Of a DNA stretch of 64,000 bases, positions 63,456 to 64,000 are shown piece after piece. Source of the stretch: Diplonema japonicum. Taxonomy: Eukaryota; Protista; Euglenozoa: Diplonemea. Made by a program: the position numbers and the translations under genes. Every line of letters begins with the position of its first letter. Within the stretch, counting starts at the first letter, position 1. Under the pieces are notes generated by a model. The model made no database searches. It saw only the letters and a list, made by a program, of their open reading frames with translations, and had not been told where the DNA came from. Location: contig OZ025759.1 of NCBI GenBank assembly GCA_964019335.1, forward strand, positions 1 through 64,000. The letters run 5' to 3'.

Positions 63456-64000
63456 ATGAATCAAGACTGGCCCAGCAACCCAAGCCACAATCCCGGTAGT
63501 GGGATGCACACCACCTACGGTGGCTATGGTGGTGGCTATGGCGGCTCACAGTACGGTGGTGGGTCAAACCACCATGGGAGCCATCATCACCAGCAAGGAG
63601 GTTATGGGTATGACAGACAGCAGCCGCAGAGCAATTACCACCCGCCCCCACCGTCTCACCAGCAGCACCACCACCAACACCACCACCAGCATCAACACCA
63701 GCATCAACACCAGAACCAACACCAGCACCAGCACCAGCACCAACCCCCGCAGCACCACCACCATCACCACCACCAGCAGCATAGGCATTCGCCCCAAGGG
63801 CACTCCATGGCACCTCCGCAGCAGTGGGGTGGTGGTAGTGGTGGTGGTGGCGGTGGTGGCTCTAACGGGCACAGCAGCATGAACAGGGGCCCACCCATGC
63901 AAGGTAGGAGCCAAGGCTCCGTCCCGTACGACCAAGAGACTGGTCTGCCTAACATTCCCAACCACGCAGGGCACCAAGGCCCCCCCCACGGGCACAGTCC
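63456..64000 (+). CDS. Gly/Tyr/His/Gln-rich prion-like protein, 3'-truncated by the window (absent from the ORF track)
   Basis: Open frame MNQDWPSNPSHNPGSGMHTTYGGYGGGYGG...QHQHQH...PYDQETGLPNIPNHAGHQGPPTGTV to the window end. Confidence 0.8.
   Translation, partial: MNQDWPSNPSHNPGSGMHTTYGGYGGGYGGSQYGGGSNHHGSHHHQQGGYGYDRQQPQSNYHPPPPSHQQHHHQHHHQHQHQHQHQNQHQHQHQHQPPQHHHHHHHQQHRHSPQGHSMAPPQQWGGGSGGGGGGGSNGHSSMNRGPPMQGRSQGSVPYDQETGLPNIPNHAGHQGPPHGHS

Noticed and set aside
62075-63500. HNPY (MKT1-binding) motif in the two low-complexity proteins
   Set aside because: Only NNPH and HNPG are present; the Tyr is missing

Overview
Eukaryotic (protist) nuclear DNA, most consistent with a euglenozoan, probably diplonemid-like. 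This is inferred from gene architecture and gene families; no database search was possible. I can support 34 protein-coding genes, all on the + strand, many only 80-130 nt apart. Spacers are built of homopolymer tracts (poly-T, then AG, then a purine/A-rich leader abutting ATG). This matches kinetoplastid-style polycistronic transcription with trans-splicing. Unlike trypanosomatids, six genes carry ten very short (35-60 nt) GT-AG cis-introns that the ORF track missed. Most start GTATG/GTATT, and seven are A/purine-rich with essentially no polypyrimidine tract. Splicing them restores recognisable domains (CSB winged helix, hydrolase N-terminus, a transmembrane helix). Genes include a myotubularin-FYVE, FKBP-TPR, alpha/beta hydrolase, LC4-like EF-hand protein, a sequon-dense repeat + 5xWSC secreted protein, DUF2431/BMT5-like, OSGIN-like, a DUF676-TBCC-TBCC fusion, UBL-MBT, a 2027-aa three-module Mind-bomb-like/SPRY pseudokinase, a degenerate P-loop NTPase, MORN-LRR, CSB/ERCC6, mS33-like, BTB, PPR proteins, a HEAT/importin-like protein, a PMS-type MutL, a double DUF5522 protein with poly-Asp, a VOC protein, and two adjacent low-complexity proteins sharing a YDxxTGxP motif. 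Decayed retroelement fragments and several structured GC-rich intergenic islands are also candidates. No tRNA, rRNA, SL RNA or CRISPR array was recognised. Homopolymer lengths may be affected by sequencing error.
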